DNA of 64,000 bases from Vicugna vicugna (Eukaryota), in NCBI GenBank assembly GCA_013265495.1, contig MU058423.1, forward strand, positions 9,347,627 to 9,411,626, written 5' to 3'. Under the pieces are notes generated by a model that was given only the letters and a program-made list of their open reading frames with translations, was not told where the DNA came from and did not search any database. Shown here piece after piece: positions 51,393 through 64,000 of this stretch (position 1 is its first letter; the number at the start of each line of letters is the position of its first letter). Both the position numbers and the translations under genes were made by a program.

Positions 51393-53149
51393 TCTGTTTG
51401 TTTTCTAACCACGTTTATTTGTAACAATTGTTTGGTATTTCCCTTTACATCCTGGTGACCCTGTAACACACGAACACATGAACTATCTAAGGCAGAGCAA
51501 ACAAGCAAAACTCTATATTCTTAAAATAAACTGTTTAGGGAAGCATGTTCTACTTTTTAGGGTGTTCTTTGTGGTTATTTAATAGTTTCTGCTTGGTCCA
51601 AGGACCTAAATTCTATCTGGTGTAAGTAATATCCTCACCTGTGTATCTTACATCTTTCTCTATTATATTTTTGTTATTTATATAGGTCTTTATCACAAGT
51701 ACCTTAGGGTTTGAAATGTGAACTTTCTGTGTTCTTATTCTGTAAGTGCCAGGCTACTTACAGTCTAAACTTTCCTTTTGAATGCCTTTATTTAAAAAAC
51801 ATTTTTTTAGTGTAGATAATTGAATGTATACTAAAATATCGTCCTCTAATTTTCAATTATAAGGGGCTTAAAGGTTAATAAATCCTTCTTAATAAACTGT
51901 ATTCTACATATGACATGGAAAGATTCTTTTCAGGAGCAGATGAACCTTGGTGTGTTTGGTTTTCAAATAGCTGAACTTGCTGGATCTCCTGTGCTCAGGC
52001 TAACATATTTTAACTTTCCTTTTTCACTGATTGATCTGTTGGCACTATTTTGACAGATCATCAATTGATGCAGAGTTGTTCAAAGATGCCTTTGTCATTT
52101 AACAGTAGACCAACAAACCTTTTCATTAATCCTAAATTGTGATTCTTTGCTTATGAATAATTGATATCTACAAATTGAAAATACCTATTCTTCACTCCTC
52201 TCAATTTTTCTTCCTGTTTTTATAAGATACAACCTGTTTTTTTTTAAAGGTATCTTTTGATAAGAGTGATTGTTAAACTAAATGCATTCATATCTTCAGG
52301 AGTGTTGTCCCAAATAGCAAAATCATGAGTTTTCTTCTTAAAGATGGGTTCTTCTATAAAATAAAAATGAGTTTTTATTTTTGAAAAAAATGAAAGTCTA
52401 AAAAGTTGTTGTTGGGGTAGAATTCATAACTGAGGCTATTTTTGTTTTTTTTGTTTTCTTATCTGGGGAAATCAGTCTTAAGGGTGTAGATAGCTTATGG
52501 CATAACTTATCAAATAAATGATTCAAGTTCACTTTAGTACCTACTTGGTTTTTGTCAGGATTTGGCTCTGATGTGTGTTAAGTGATAGTCATCCCCTCCA
52601 CATCCTGCTTCAGTCCAGGCTGCAGTGGGAACAGACATGCATCAGATGCCAACCAGGAAGCCCTGGGGGACCGTAGTTTTTGGCTGAAATTCTATTTATC
52701 CGTATATTCTGGTAAAGCAAGAAAAAAAAAAAGAGAGAACAAAGGTTCTTGTTTAAGATAATCCATTGTAGATGGGAATGAAAGGAAGGATTCGTCTAAG
52801 CTCTTGTCCAATCAGGTTGGGAAACACACTGTCCTTGTCCTCATTCTGCTTCTTTCTTTCTTGCCCTAAACTTGGTATCAGCTTAATTTCTTGTTTCGTT
52901 ATCAAAGAGTTAATGTGATTTTATATTATGCCTGGTCTTACAGCTCTGGTTTAGAGATGAGGGAGTTCCTAGAGCGTATCTTTAGAAGTGTATCTTCTTC
53001 ATGTGATATCTTATTTGTGTATAAAAGAAACTGTACTGTACTCTGGGTTTCTCGTAAGGACTAAAGAAGTTTTTTGATTCCCAATCAGACACTGAGATAT
53101 GGTAATCAAGCTTTGGGAAGAAGAATTTCCTGAACATTCTAAATTTGTG

Positions 53150-56100
53150 ATTTCCACTGCCAGTAATGGCTAAGATCCTGCCAAATAGAATCTCCTTTGA
53201 AAAACTAGAGTAAATTTCAAAAGGCAGCTGCCTGAAGCCCCAGAGAATGAAGAGAAACAGGAAGATCTGGATGATGTGTCCACACTCAGAGGAGGAAAAT
53301 TGTTTGGAGTTCCAGATTTTCACTGTTTTTTGCTTCAGAACAGTTGAAGTCAACTGTGTGTGTGGTGCTGGGTGGCAGGGGATCTGCAGTGTTCCTGGCA
53401 CATAAATCCAGATGACTGATGGCTGGGCCAGCTGCAGCTGTAGGGAGTGGGGTGAAGGGAGGGGAGTTCCTTTCTTGGAAAGGAAAACACCAGAGAGGGC
53501 ATCCCAAATCCTGTTTGCCCACAGGTCTGGTTGACCCCTGAATATGTTCACATGCATGAAACAGACACAAAGCAGCTAGACCAAACCAAAAAGATGACGT
53601 GAGGTTGGAGCTGTGACACAAGAAGTGGAGTTTGCAGTCCAACTCAATTAACTGCCTGCTGAAACAAAAGAAGCAACATTCATTGGAGAAAAATACGAGA
53701 ATTCAGTATTTTATGATGTACAGATGACAATTCAAAATTACCTGATTTAAGAAGATTCAAAAAACTCTAGCCCATTCTCCAAAGCAAGGATTAGCTAACC
53801 TTTTCTTTAAGGGACCTGATAGGAAATATTTTAGGTTTTGTGGATCACATATGGTCTCTGTAGCATTTTTTTTAAATAACCCTTCAAAAATGTGCAAAAT
53901 CATTTTTAGCTTGTGGGCCATACAGAAACAAGCTGTGGGGTTGATTTGGCCCTTGGGCCATAGTTGTCAACCAATCAAGGGAGACCAAACTTTGAGATTT
54001 CTTAGATGGTTAGATTCAGGAGGTAAGGATTTTAAAGCATGTATTATAACTGTTCTCAATTATGTAAAAAGAAATTTGCTTGCTATAAATAAAAATGCAT
54101 AGAGATTGAAACAATGCAAGAGGACCATATGGAGATTGGAAAGCTGAAAAGAATAAAATATGTGAAAGAGTTCATGGAGAGAATTAATATCAGAATGGAG
54201 ATGACAGAAAAAAGAGCCAATGATCTTGGTATCTCCGTTGATACTAGATTGATACTTAGCATCTATCTGATGAATGGAAATTATCTAATGCTGTAACAGA
54301 AGAAAAAAAATTTTGGGAAAGAATTGAATGCATTCTTAGGACTTGTTAAATGATAGCATCTTTAGGTATTACTTTAGAAGGAGAGGAGAAACTGAGGAAA
54401 GAATGACTGGAAAATCCCAAGATTTGCTTAAAGGCCTAACTTTACTAATTCATGACACGGGGAAACTCAAGCAGGGAATGAACAGTCATGCTTATACAAT
54501 CATAGTTAAGGTCTTGAAAACCAAAAATACAGATCAAGTCTTGAAAGAAGATAGAGAAAAATTAAGCATTCTAGAGAGGGGAACGATGATTTGGTTAACA
54601 TCTGACTTTCCATAGGAATCTATGGAGGCCAGACAGAGTGGTAAAACATCTGAAAAAGAGAAAAAAAAAAGTGAAAAAGAATTCCACATGCAGAAAAAAT
54701 ATCCTTCAAGAATAAGAACAAAAATGAAAATATTTTTGGGTGAAAGACATCTAAGAGAATTTGTTGCTAGCATATTTGCCATACTGGATGCAAAAGAAAG
54801 TTCTTTAGGCTGGAGAGAAATGATATTATTGGGAACCTGGATCTGGGGGAAGGAATGATGAGCACTGAAAAAAGGTAAATAACTGGTAAATAAAAAGCCC
54901 TTTCTGGACTTCTCTGACTTAAATTCTTTATAATAAATATCTATTTAAAGAAAAAAAAGAGTCTACATTGTTTTGTGGATTTTATAATATATGCAGATAT
55001 AGTACCTATAACAAATTAGCATAAAGGATGGCAAGAGATAATGGACTTGTAGAGTTGAAAGATGTCTACATTTTAAATAAAGTTATGCAATGTTAGTTCT
55101 AAGTGAAAAGTTCTAAGTTTTAATGTAAAAAGTTAGAGATGTATATTTTAATTCCTATAGGGAAAAAAGCAAGACATATATAAAAAGCCAGTAAAAAAAA
55201 TAATGTGAAATTCTAAAATTATTTTAATAATTTAATTAAAAAGGCAACAAAGGAAAAATAAAGGAGCAAAAAACCAGAGGGGATAAAGAGAGAACAAATA
55301 AAATAGTAGGCCAAAACTTAGCCATAATAACAATTACATTAAACATTCATGGACTAAATACTCCAATTGAAAGGCAGAGAATGCCAGATGGATAAAAATG
55401 TAAAACCCAGATAGATTATAAATAAATGAATGGAAAAAGGTATAGCATGAAATAATAAGCATGAGAAGGCAAAATATCTGTATTTATACTAGATAAATTC
55501 CATTTCTAGCAAAAGAGTATTATCAGAGATGGAGACATCCTTCTGAATTGATTAAAGCATTAATTTATTAGAAATACATTACAGTGATAATTATGTATGT
55601 GCCTAATAACAGAGTTCAAAATACATGAAAAAAAGTTGACAGAATTAAAGAGAGGCACCCATTCATGGTAAAAACACTCAACAAATGTGGAACAGGAGGG
55701 GATTTCCTCAACCTGATAAACCCATCTAGGAAAAACCAACAGCTAGCATCATGAGTGCACACTTTTCTGTTATGATCAGAAACAAGACAAGAGTGTCCTC
55801 ACTTTATTGACTTTGCATCAACATTATATTGGAGGTTTTAGCAAGGGCAAGTAGGTGAGAAAAAGAAATAAACGGCAAACAGATTGTAAAGGAAGAAGTA
55901 AAACCATCACTTTTCACAAATGGCATAATCCTATATATGGAAAATCCTAAGGAGTCCAGGAAACTACTACTAGAAGAAATGAACAAGTTGAGCAAGGCAG
56001 CAGGGGGCAAAATCAATATGCAGAAAAATCAACTGCATTTCTAAACACTAACAATAAACAATGTGAAAGTGAAATTAAGAAAACAATTTCATGCACAATC

Positions 56101-57085
56101 ATCAAAAGGAATAAAATAGAAAAAAAATTAAGGAAATGCAAGAGTTGTATACTGAAACTACAAAACATTATTGAAAGAAACTGAAGATCGGATAAAATGA
56201 AAAGACATCTCACATTCAAAACATTTATAGTGTATGTCAAAGGCGCTTGGGAACCAACTGGAAGAGCTTCCAGCGGCCAAAGCTGGAACAATTTGAGCAA
56301 TGAGTTGTACTGGATTATAACTCAAGTGTAGTGTAAACATCCATACTGATTTAAATCTGACTGAATAAATAAACAAATGGGGGAGAACAGACAAATCTGT
56401 GCAGAAGAATTTGTAGTCTGTCCTCAAGGAGAGTGAGCTTAACTTCCTACTCCTAAAGTGTGGGCTGTGCAATGTGACTTCCTTCCAAAGCAGACAATAT
56501 ATATAAGAAGAGGGAAAAAGAGTAATTTTACAGTGAAGCAACCTGACAAAACTGTCAGCCAGTTACCAAGGTCAACATTAACAGCGATAAACCATACCCT
56601 TGATATGATGTGATGAAAATAGCATTTTAACTCTTTGGTCTTCCTTCCCCAAACTTATGACCTCAGTCTAATCATGAAAGAAATATCAGACAATTTGCAA
56701 TAGAGAGACATCCTACATAATACCTGACCAGTAATTTTCAAAACTGTCAAGCTTGTCAAAAACAGGAAAATCTGAAGCATTCTTACAGCAAAGAGGAGCC
56801 TAAGGACGTGTGACAACTAAAGTAATGTGGTTTTGTATATGGGATCCTGGAATAGAAAAGAGGACATTAGGTAAAAACTAAGGAATCTGAATGAACTATG
56901 AGACCTTATATAATAATAATGTATAATGTTAATAGTATATCACTATTGGCTCATTAATTATAACAAATGTAGCACACTAACATAAGATGTTAATAACAGG
57001 GGAAGTGAGTGTTAATAATATGGAAACTTTGTATAATCTTCTGGATTTTTCTTTTAATCTACAACTGCTCTGTAAAATAATGTTG
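53150..57085 (+). mobile_element. Ancient fragmented L1M (ORF1/ORF2 remnants, L1MC-like 3' end) with a MER58-like insert at about 53783-53972; limits approximate
   Basis: A-rich L1 relics; ORFs 54343-54615 and 54622-54858 resemble decayed ORF1 (…IIVKVLK…, …LREFVAS…). Confidence 0.7.
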
Positions 57086-57279
57086 CATACAGTTAGCAGT
57101 GGATACAGTGGCTCAGGAATGTGTGTCTTCTCATTCTGGGGAGAAGGTGAGACAGTGTATAAAGGATACCTGCATCTTATTAGATGAAATCAGTTGTTTT
57201 TTAGTTGCTTGAACCATCAAATGTATGTAGAAGGATAAATATGGAAGCTGAGTAGAAAACCGGTGAACTGTGCCAGCTT

Positions 57280-57790
57280 AATGCTTCATCTTTATCTTCA
57301 TCATTTAATCCTTCATCTCCAAATCCACCCTTCTTTGCCCTGCTTTGTGATGTAAACATTTCTCCTTTGGCATCTGATGCAGTGTTAGGCTTTGCCATAA
57401 ATGGTACTAGAAGGATGTCACAAGGCAGTAGTGGCAAGAGGCACTTCACTTCCATTCTCCAACTTTCCTTCCTTTTCACTGAGCACAGGAGCCAGTGGAT
57501 GGGTGTGTGGATGGTCCTGTCGCACCTCAGCAGCCCTGACTGACCAGCTCCAGCTTTGCACTCAGGCCCACTCTGCCTACCTGGCAGCTAGTTCTGCAGC
57601 AGCTCCATCTTCACCCCTAGGCAAAAGACGTCTCCAGCCTCCTACACCTTCTGGCCACGCCGGACTACTGCCACATACAAGCCCTGGTCCATGCCCCATG
57701 GTAAGTGGCTAGATGATCTGCCAGCCAGTTTCTGGCTCACGTTGCCTGAGCCCAGCTGGTGTTACGCAGCTGGCCCTTACGGACTGCATC
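57280..57790. mobile_element. LTR33-like ERVL LTR (approximate); possible ERVL internal relics follow to about 58375
   Basis: ctccaaatccacccttctttgccctgctttgtgatg...aaacatttctcctttgg. Confidence 0.55.
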
Positions 57791-58915
57791 TTTTCCCTTC
57801 TGAACCATTTATTCACTCATTTGTTCATTGATCACTTACTAGATGCCAGACAGTGTTCTAATAAACTTTTGTGTACAAAACCCCAAACCAAGAACAATGA
57901 CTTAATCACAAGGGTGGCAGAGCTACAGAAGAACGTGCAGACTTGACAAGTCACTTAAGCTAAAGTCAGAAGCATGATAGGGAAGGGATGGGACCCTAGC
58001 ACCTGGGATAGGGGTGTTGTGTGAAAGCTTCTTTGAAATTTGACCCTCCAGATTACCCAGAACATTTCAGGCTAGCTGAGGAGCTCTTTCCTCGTAAGGA
58101 CAACTGCCCTCTACAGACAACTCTTCTGAGGCTGACGCTTCCCAGGTAAATGCTTGTCCTCATCAGGAGCTGCTGCTTTTATCTCTGCGTTGCCTCCACA
58201 CCAGTAGCTAAGATAATCTCATCTTAGCCTCACCAGGGAAATTCAGTTTTTTCCCTGTGAGGAAACAGACTGTGCACTGAAAGACTTGGCAGGACCTGGG
58301 AAATTTGTGCTGGCGTGACCCAGGGGAAGATGTGTAGGAGTGGGTTGTGAGAGTGCTGGGTGGAGGGCAGTACAAATCATGATTTAACATCCTGGCGAGA
58401 ATACTTAGGAATGAAATGTTGTACATCTTCTTATTAAGTTTAATGTTAGGATTCCAACTTGTTTACAGGAATTGGTCAAACATTAGACCAGGATAGTGTT
58501 GAGAATTTGGGAATTCCTCCATCCAATAGCCTTAGGTCACAGTCATTGCACTCTGGGATTCACATTTCACTGAATGTAAGAAAAGATGATATTCCAAGAA
58601 GAATGTCGGTTATTATCTGTAAATCATGTACACTATCAAGATCATCCCAATCCAGTCCCCAGATATAAGGATAATTATTGCATGCACCTTTAAAATGTAT
58701 GCAAAGAGTTTTAAGTCTCTGTCAAATCAACTGAACTGATCCTTAGCTGGAGGATGTGGTTGTCTTAAAGCCTTGTTGACTTCGTATGGCATGGTTACTT
58801 GTCAGAGTTGAAGATGAATATTTTTTGTGATGAGATACAGTGGCTTCCTATGATCTTTGTATTAGCAAAATTACAACATCAGTTAATAAAATATAGTCAG
58901 GCTATTTTAAATAAC

Positions 58916-58921
58916 TTTATT
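58916..58921 (-). terminator. PALMD: PALMD polyadenylation signal (KKVI isoform)
   Basis: Minus-strand AATAAA about 300 nt after the stop codon, following an AU-rich UTR-like tract. Confidence 0.6.
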
Positions 58922-59216
58922 TTTAAATTTAACAAGCTCTTATTAGAAATGCTTTGGTATCAATACAATAAAAACATCTTGGTTTCCCCCTCCCCGCTGA
59001 ATCATATCAAGTAAAAGGAAAATTTAAGCATTTGTTCTCCCTAGCTTTTTTTGGATTTTTTTAAACAAATAATGACTACTTCTTATTCACATGGCTTAAT
59101 ATGGGTATAATTATACTTTTTGTGTGTCTCAGGAAAAAGAAACAAAATATCCAGAAGAGAAATTTGCAAACATTTCTTAGTTTCTTCCAAGGATGTTTAT
59201 GTAGATGGTACACCTC

Positions 59217-59260
59217 TCAGATAACTTTTTTCCCCAGCTTTGCCATTCTCATCCTTAAAG
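59217..59260 (-). CDS. PALMD: PALMD terminal coding exon (cytosolic KKVI isoform)
   Basis: ttgcag| (A)LRMRMAKLGKKVI TGA; 44 nt; phase matches the donor at 63494. Confidence 0.95.
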
Positions 59261-61695
59261 CTGCAAATTAAAGGAAAAACAGAGAGAGTTATAAAAAAAA
59301 GGTTTATTTTTCACTGTAAATGACCATTTCATAGATTGCAGGAAAGTTTGAAACATACCTCAGATGATTTTATCCAACAATGTGAGCATTGTTTTAGTAG
59401 CATAAAAAGATAGTAGAGATAAGAAGCTATGGTTAACTTAGGGCAGAAGCAGCCTCAGAGCTAGAAGGAACCCATTTCTATAAAAATCAACAGAGCAAAC
59501 ACAGCATACATTGAGTAAATACAGGATTAGTGCACAATATCATTATTAGCCATAGATAAACAGCTATGGGTCAATGACTGTGTTTCGTGCATTTTTCTCA
59601 GTTATGCACTACTAAAGAAAAAAAAGCATTGACATAAACCCTAATTCATGATGGCTGGTTTATCTTTTAACTCATCAAACTTGGTTATCCGAAGGGGCTT
59701 TATCCTTAGATATAGAATGGTAAGAACAAATTTCTTCATAATGAAACAATGTGAGCCAGTAATGAAGAGCTGGAGTAATTATAAAATGTCTTTGTCAAGA
59801 TATAAGTACTTTCAAGTGGCAAATTTATCTTTTTAACATATTTCACTGCTAATGATATATTGGATGTAGAAACTATTTAAAAATGTAGATTTAAAATTCA
59901 TAGCACTCCCCTGATGTTCTGGTATCATGCCCTTAATATTTAGGACCTCAGAGCATACATAGCTGCCTCAGTCATGTTCCAAAAGCAGAGAGATTCTTTC
60001 AAGGCATTGATCATTACACTCATGTGTGATATGGCCCAAGAACCAGCTATTACCCTGTTTACAACATTTTGTTTAATAAAAAATAAGAAGGGAAGCGTGT
60101 TCTCTCATTTCACAGCCGTAGATTAGTTGTGTATTAACAAATGAAATGACCCTAACTCTAAGAAGCTCTTTTCCACAAATATGAGAAAGGATGGGGCTCT
60201 ACTAGGGTAACAAGACAATGGTTATTTTTATTGTCATTCTACTTATACGAAATGTTTTTGTTTAAATGAAGTCAAAGAGCATTATTTCCCTTGGAACCTT
60301 AAAGGAAATGATTATTTCTCATGGCAGGATCAAGAATATTGTCTTGAATTTATGATTAGCTGAGAGAATTTCCTTTGCTCTGTAGCCAGGAGGATGGTCT
60401 CGACTGCTGGGAGATGTTGGATGGTGAAACCTGAGGAGAGGACTGTACTTCCATAGCAAGAGGTCAACTGAAGGCAGAAGGCAAGACTTTATAGTTTTGA
60501 CTCTTGGATTTTTGGACCTCTACCTTGCCCATACCAGAAAAGAGAGCAGGGGGCAAATTTCATTTTAAGGGGCTTTTTAAAGGTCTCTGTTCAGGCAAGG
60601 GCAAAGTCCTCCTCCCTACAATTACTCCTCAACTTAGATTCAGTAAATCACACATGCCCAGTGTGCTGTGGACATTCAATGAAGTTCTTAAAGGACATCT
60701 TGGATGTCTGCATCCTCAGTAGTGGGGTAATCCAGTAACTCACTGTCTCATTCTTTAAGGGAGGACAAGGCATTCTAGACTGTTAGGGTCTGCTATTCCT
60801 TTCTCAGGCCTATGGTAGGTAGACAACGTGAGTTCCAAGTAGATATGTAGGGCCAGAGCATGTTGGCAATGGGGAGGCCCTCAGTTGTAGCAGCCAAAAA
60901 CCTGGGTCATCCGCTCTCCTTTATCCTTCTTCTTTCTGCTCTTCTCCGATCTCTGCCTCCTCTTCTCATAGCAATCCAGACACATAGTTTTGGCCGGTTG
61001 AACTGTATGGAAGAGAGCTTGCTTCCTTACTCTCCATATCCCTTGGCTCCTAATGGTTGCCACAGGTTGGCAATTTTGGCACCAATAGCTTGTGAGTCCC
61101 ATGAAGCTGAGGTTCCCTACCCCTTCACCCTGAAATGTCACAGACATCTATAACAGAGCTAGAAGAAGTACAAAAGTAGGTTGGTGAGGACTCCCAAAGG
61201 AAGCCAGCTGTCTAGTTGGTGGGATGGTAGTGGAGTCCCTGTAAAAGCTTACTGGGGCTACTCAGTGATGGACATCGAGCCAGATACTTAGAACATGTCC
61301 CTGTTCTATTTACATTAGCAAATGGACATAACTTTGCCTACATTTTCTCATCATGTCTTATCCTATTCAAAGTTTTAACTAAAAAAATCTGGTCTTTGGG
61401 ATCTCCAGACTCCACCTTTTCCCATCTTTCTTCCTCCTTCATGCTCTTTTCTGAGTTAAAAGTTGCTCTTAGATAAGGCTCTGATAACAACATTTATACT
61501 AAAAAAAAAAAGAGACTAACAATTCTTAACTATTACGCTTACCAGAAATATTTTTATTTAGTAGGGTACCTAAACCATAAATAAAATAATTGACTGAAAG
61601 GTGGATTTTCAAGTACTAATACGTATTTTTTTGTGGGGGGACGTTGAGGGAGAAGCTCAACCCATTTGGTGCTTGTGAAACTGAAATGCATAGGT

Positions 61696-61772
61696 TGCTG
61701 TATATTCTATGCATATGGATGTCCCCTGAGGGCATATGCTGTATATTCTATGCATATGTCAACCCCTGAGGG
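61696..61772. repeat. Direct repeat, 2 copies, 41-bp period
   Basis: tgctgtatattctatgcatatg...cccctgaggg at 61696 and 61737. Confidence 0.9.
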
Positions 61773-62692
61773 TTATTTTTAAAACCCATTAAAACTATTA
61801 GCTCCTTAATCTATATGCTGAATTGGAAAACAGGAATGTAAAACAATATCATGACAGAAGGCAAGGAATTTGGAGCATTCTGTTTATAAGATGCTTTGAT
61901 TGATAGTACAAAACTTTGTATTGTTACTTTGGAAAAAGTCTTCCTGTTTTCATTATTTTAGTTCAGTAGCATGATTAGTGTTGTCTGGAAACATTAGTCA
62001 CTTCCTGTCTTTTTCTATGGGATACATGTGTTCACTTGGGTAGCGGAGAAGGAATAAGGGTGTTCAGGAGGAGCTGGCTAACATTCAAATTTAAAAAATG
62101 GGAGGTTTTACATTGGGTAATGTCTTGACCATAAATAGAATGTTCATTTTTTTCCCTAAGTCTCCTGTGTCATTGTATAAAAAATGAACTTAAGATGCAA
62201 AGTTTGACTGGCAAACAAAGCTCATTGTCAAAAGAGAACAGAACTTTTAAGTTTTAGCAGGTTTCCATTGTGGGGACATAACCACTCCACTCTAATTTAG
62301 GAGGATAATACAAGTGTACACTTATCAAGAGGTTAGAAATTCTTCAGATAATTACATTTACAATGGATATGCCTAATTTAACTACTTAGAAAAATGGAAG
62401 AGGTCCATTTCATTGTATTACTGGGAACCCAAGACTAGGTTTCTGGGTTTCAGAGGAAGAAACCTTCCTGAGCGGTGCAGTTACTACCACAGTTCTGAAG
62501 CATTAGCAGGTTCCTTGATTGCTGGATTAGCTGGGACTTAACAGTTACTGCTTTTTAATGAAAATTCTTCCATTAAAACATTTAAAATTACTCTTGCTTT
62601 CACACATCCAGTACCTGTGTCTGGGTAGTTTGACTTAATGTCTTTAGCCATGGTAAGTGTAGCTATTATAATTGATTTTTATCATATTTGTA

Positions 62693-62698
62693 TTTATT
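62693..62698 (-). terminator. PALMD: Candidate intronic polyA signal for the PALMD CaaX isoform
   Basis: Minus-strand AATAAA about 750 nt after the CaaX stop, ending an AU-rich tract with no recognisable repeats. Confidence 0.45.
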
Positions 62699-63449
62699 GT
62701 TTATAAATAAGTAGAATACAGTATTCAAGTGATAGCAAGGAATCTAAACTGGTGAGCTATCACCTTCGTAGAAAAAAGTATTATCTTCTAGTCAATGCTA
62801 AAAAAGCTACATAGCTGTAAAACTTTACAGACAATGAGAATATATGGGATGCCACTATTTAGAAAATAAAAAAATAAATTTTCTAAGTTAGGGAAGATTA
62901 TGTGAAGTTAAATCTTATAGATAATGTAAGACAAACTGATATTCTATTTTAAAAGGTAGAAAAATTAAGGAAATTAAGTTAATAAAATTATGAAAGTATA
63001 GAGAAACAAGATATAGCAAAGTAACAAAATATCACACTGAAAATAAAATTTGTCTTATTTTTTCTTGCAAAATTAAGGCAATTTGTTAACTTATGTAGGA
63101 AGTCTAAAACCACAGAGAAGCACACACAAAAGGCTAGCATCAGATTCTCATGGGGAGAGATCTGGTACTGACGCTCCAATGGGAGAGTGATCCAGATACA
63201 TTCACACACAGAACACACCACGACAGAAGAAGCATTTCAAGCCACTAAGGTCAGTCAATGCAATATCCGAAGAAGGGAGCACATTTTTTTCACTTTCTTT
63301 ATCTTTTGAAGTGACAATCACTTTACTTATGATGGTAATAAATCACATAAGCATTAATTAAAAAAAAAATCTTAGCATGTATTAGGCTCTGAGGTGGTCC
63401 AAAAAAGCTGAAAGCAAGAGGGTTTGGTAACAACACAAACAGAAGATTG

Positions 63450-63493
63450 TCACATGAGTAAACAGCAGTGGCAAGCCTTGCCATTTTTGTTAC
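63450..63493 (-). CDS. PALMD: PALMD alternative C-terminus by read-through into the intron (CaaX isoform)
   Basis: Unspliced frame gives (G)NKNGKACHCCLLM-stop, a paralemmin-type palmitoylation/prenylation signature. Confidence 0.8.
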
Positions 63494-64000
63494 CTGTTAA
63501 AGATGGATCCTCAGTGCCGTCTCCTGCCATCTGAACGTCAAGCGGAGAATGGTGGACAGGGTTGCCTAAGCTTTCCTCTTGCTCTTTCAGGGATATGGAG
63601 TTTTTGTGGGGAGATTTATGGTTTGTGTTTTCACGGGGATTAACTTCTGACCTCTTTCTCGGCAGTGGTGTTGGTCTGGCAGGCTGGAAGACCTGACTAG
63701 GAGGAGGTCTGGGATGGTAGGATGGGTTCTCAGCTTCTCCTTCAGCCTCTTCCTCCTCATCGTCAATCACAACCAGCTCAGCGTGGATGATCCCGTCGTA
63801 CCCCGTCAGAAGCTTCTTCTCTTCCTCATTGTCTTCTGCCTGCTGGTACCCCATGAAAATCATGGTCACGGGCTCTGTCTCATCTATGTCAGAGGGCAGG
63901 GAGTGAACAATCTTATATCTAACATCTTCCTCATCCTCCTGGCAAGGAGGAGAAGAACCCTGGTGTTCTGACTTCCCAGAGAGGCCCTTGCTGGGACTCA
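63494..64000 (-). CDS. PALMD: PALMD large penultimate exon (partial, continues beyond window)
   Basis: Open frame SPSKGLSG...EPVTMIFMGYQQAED...IIHAELVVIDDEEEE...GDGTEDPSLT contains the paralemmin-family MIFMGYQ motif. Donor ACAG|gtaaca at 63494/63493. Confidence 0.95.

Noticed and set aside
52982..53557. Longest ORF in the track (191 aa, minus strand)
   Set aside because: No recognisable domain or exon context. It overlaps what looks like the antisense of an old L1M 5' region, so it is probably a chance ORF.
63714..63971. 85-aa plus-strand ORF overlapping PALMD
   Set aside because: Antisense shadow of the acidic PALMD exon.
1..64000. Prokaryote-type systems (CRISPR arrays, operons, defence islands) or a novel multi-gene system
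   Set aside because: The window is mammalian intron/exon and retroelement sequence, accounted for by FRRS1, PALMD and repeats; no such structure was seen.

Overview
This is AT-rich mammalian genomic DNA, most likely camelid (inferred from a tRNA-derived SINE resembling the camelid Vic-1 family). It contains the complete coding sequence of FRRS1 (ferric chelate reductase 1) on the + strand: 15 coding exons, 22620-48329, 1779 nt, 592 aa, with reelin, DOMON and cytochrome b561 domains and a probable non-coding first exon ending at 11168. The 3' end of PALMD (palmdelphin) lies on the - strand, tail-to-tail with FRRS1. The rest is transposon-derived (ERV LTRs, L1, L2, MIR, Charlie/Tigger/MER DNA transposons), and nearly all short ORFs in the supplied track are spurious. 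I found no convincing new biological system. The most interesting points are: two alternative PALMD C-termini (KKVI versus a CaaX lipid anchor with its own candidate polyA site); a near-perfect 357-bp duplication inside an LTR about 1 kb upstream of the presumed FRRS1 start; an L1 apparently inserted in the FRRS1 3' UTR; an unusual FRRS1 start-exon junction; and a retainable last intron. Gene and repeat-family names come from recalled sequences, not from database searches.
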